Below, piece after piece: positions 62,379 to 64,000 of a stretch of DNA of 64,000 nt. Source of the stretch: Terriglobia bacterium (GTDB lineage Bacteria; Acidobacteriota; Polarisedimenticolia; Polarisedimenticolales; CAVOVZ01); the NCBI GenBank assembly GCA_963699985.1, contig CAVOVZ010000013.1, forward strand, positions 119,799-183,798. The letters are read 5' to 3'. Each line of letters opens with the position of its first letter. Position 1 is the first letter of the stretch. The position numbers were made by a program, and so were the translations under genes. Below the pieces are notes generated by a model. The model had not been told where the DNA came from. It did not search any database and was given only the letters and a program-made list of their open reading frames with translations.

Positions 62379-63632
62379 CTACGAGCGCTCTTCCCAGACC
62401 TGAGCGAGGTGAACGACCACCTCCACCGCCTTGTGCATGTCCTGCACGGAGATCCACTCGAGCCGAGAGTGGAAGTTGTGCTCGCCCGCGAAGAGGTTGG
62501 GCGTCGGCAACCCCATGAAGCAGAGCTTCGACCCGTCGGTCCCCCCGCGGATCGGGTGCATGCGGACCTCGAGCCCGGCCCGACGGATCGCCTCCTTGGC
62601 GTTCTCCACGACATGGGGATAGCCGTCGAGCACCTCTTTCATGTTCCGGTAGGACTCCTCGACCTTGCATTCGACCGACGCGGTGGGATACGCCGCGACC
62701 GTTTCCCGGGCGAGCCTCTCGAGGAACTCCTCTTTCTCCGCGAGTCCGGGGGTCTTGAAATCGCGGATCAGGAGCTTCACGGAGGTTTTTTCCACGGACG
62801 CCTGCACCACGTAGGGGTGCACGTAGCCGTCGTACCCGTCCGTGGTCTCCGGGGAAAGCCGGTCCTTCGGGAGGCGTTGAATGAAATCCGAAGCGATCTT
62901 GATTGCGTTGACCATCTTTCCCTTGGCGTAGCCCGGGTGGGTATTGAACCCCTGGAAAGTGATCGTCATGGAGTCGGCCGAGAACGTCTCCATCTCGATC
63001 TCCCCCCGCGTCTCGCCGTCCAGGGTGTACGCGTACTTCGCCCCGAACTTCCCCACGTCGAAATGCTTGGTCCCGGCGCCGACCTCCTCGTCCGGGGTGA
63101 ACGCGATCCGGATGGTCCCATGAGGGATCTCCGGGTGCTTCACGAGCCACTCCGCGGCGCCGACGATCTCGGCCACTCCGGCCTTGTTGTCGGCTCCCAG
63201 CAGCGTCGTCCCCGACGCCGTGATGATGTCGTTTCCGATCTGCTCTTTCAGCGCCGGGTTGTCGGCGAACCGGAGAACGGCCGAGGGATCGTCGGGAAGC
63301 ACCAGATCCTCGCCACGGTAGCTCTTGTGAATGATCGGCTTGACGCCGGCGCCCGACATCTCGGGCGAAGTGTCCACGTGGGCGATGAGGCCGATCACGG
63401 GGACGTCCTTCTTCTTCGTCGTGGCGGGTATCGTCGCCGTGACGTAGCCGTGCTCGTCCATGGCCGCATCCGCCAGGCCGAGGTTCTTCAGCTCGTCCAC
63501 CAGGTGACGGAGCAGGTCGAGCTGCTTCGCCGTGCTCGGATAGGTCTCTGAGTTCTCGTCCGACTGCGTATCGAAGGCCACGTAGCGCAGGAAACGCTCG
63601 ACGCAGCTCGTCCGGATTTCGGATCCCGCCAT
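62379..63632 (-). CDS. pepT: peptidase T (tripeptide aminopeptidase, M20B)
   Basis: The product is collinear with E. coli PepT: ERFLRYVAFDTQS, IGLIAHVDTSP, LLGADNKAGVAEI, IRIAFTPDEEVG, EGYEG-type DGYDGYVHP, IRGGTDGS. Confidence 0.9.
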   Translation of the reverse strand: MAGSEIRTSCVERFLRYVAFDTQSDENSETYPSTAKQLDLLRHLVDELKNLGLADAAMDEHGYVTATIPATTKKKDVPVIGLIAHVDTSPEMSGAGVKPIIHKSYRGEDLVLPDDPSAVLRFADNPALKEQIGNDIITASGTTLLGADNKAGVAEIVGAAEWLVKHPEIPHGTIRIAFTPDEEVGAGTKHFDVGKFGAKYAYTLDGETRGEIEMETFSADSMTITFQGFNTHPGYAKGKMVNAIKIASDFIQRLPKDRLSPETTDGYDGYVHPYVVQASVEKTSVKLLIRDFKTPGLAEKEEFLERLARETVAAYPTASVECKVEESYRNMKEVLDGYPHVVENAKEAIRRAGLEVRMHPIRGGTDGSKLCFMGLPTPNLFAGEHNFHSRLEWISVQDMHKAVEVVVHLAQVWEERS

Positions 63633-63796
63633 GGTCGCTCTCCTCCCGGCGCACGCCGGCTCGATGAAGACAGGACACTACCGCCTGCGGCAGCCGATGT
63701 GCAAGCGCGGGGGACGGAGAGCGGCGACAGTCGTCCATGCGATTGGGACATCGCGGACGTTTGGCTCGAGTACGCGGGGGCGCCCCCGCACCCGCA

Positions 63797-63830
63797 GGAA
63801 AAGCACGCCGGCGGGCCGGCATGCTTTTCC
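63797..63830 (-). terminator. 15-bp stem hairpin downstream of a gene entering from the right edge
   Basis: GGAAAAGCACGCCGG-cggg-CCGGCATGCTTTTCC has one mismatch and lies 12 nt after TGA 63842-63844 on the minus strand. Confidence 0.4.
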
Positions 63831-63841
63831 GCGGGACGTTC

Positions 63842-64000
63842 TCAATCCTTCAGGGCGACGCCTCGAGCGTGGTGGACGACTGCCCCGTCGTGGTTTTGCT
63901 GTTTCCCCTCGCGATTCCCTTTCGCTCTTGTCTCCGCTTCCCCTCCGCGGTACCATTCCGCGGCGCCGTCGGAATCTTCCGGCGTGACGCCTCGGCAAAG
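63842..64000 (-). CDS. 3' end of an unidentified gene (52 codons, runs off the window)
   Basis: The minus frame is open from the window edge to TGA 63842-63844 (...VTPEDSDGAAEWYRGGEAETRAKGNREGKQQNHDGAVVHHARGVALKD) and is followed by the hairpin. I found no homology. Confidence 0.25.
   Translation of the reverse strand, partial: LCRGVTPEDSDGAAEWYRGGEAETRAKGNREGKQQNHDGAVVHHARGVALKD

Overview
This is a visibly GC-rich bacterial chromosomal window (G+C not computed). Every long ORF has Arg/Gly/Pro-rich antisense shadow ORFs, which I discarded. Four regions can be distinguished.

(1) 1-16.7 kb is a decayed accessory region. It holds two defective IS1634-family transposase remnants, several gene stubs (a mepA-like 3' end, a lipoprotein 5' end, a GGDEF stub, an acyl-ligase 3' end), an intact vapBC pair, a nucleotidyltransferase with an in-frame TAG, an HDOD protein, and a roughly 2009-aa secreted protein. 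That protein has a thermolysin-like HExxH head followed by FN3, an RCC1 propeller and a second propeller.

(2) 16.7-26.5 kb is housekeeping and redox genes: a GT39 glycosyltransferase, an ABC-2 transporter, DsrE/TusA, and a divergent Fur-family regulator, rubrerythrin, HdrD-like Fe-S protein and DUF3501, plus a TIM-barrel isomerase.

(3) 26.6-43.9 kb is the most unusual part. It is a cluster of very large secreted repeat proteins:
- a 589-aa propeller-like protein;
- a roughly 1640-aa protein with thrombospondin-type-3 (TSP3) repeats, carrying a near-identical 1.59 kb internal tandem duplication and two apparent frameshifts;
- a roughly 1606-aa paralogue of the first giant protein with a different N-terminal head.

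This last gene lies directly downstream of, and on the same strand as, a translationally coupled trio: a sigma-70/ECF-like factor with an apparently duplicated region 4, a zf-HC2 anti-sigma factor, and an exported TPR-CHAT protease.

(4) 44-64 kb includes:
- a group-1 membrane-bound [NiFe] hydrogenase operon (small, large, cytochrome b, protease) whose small subunit carries the CTCC/GSCAxxGC supernumerary-cysteine signature of O2-tolerant enzymes;
- two tightly coupled secreted FG-GAP-like proteins directly after it, with no hyp or hyaEF genes;
- a Tat-exported xanthine-dehydrogenase-family enzyme;
- VIT1, pepT and other genes.

A palindromic motif, GGGGACTGTCCCC, occurs three times in intergenic leaders. 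I found no rRNA, tRNA or CRISPR array. All family names come from motif recognition by eye and need HMM or BLAST confirmation.
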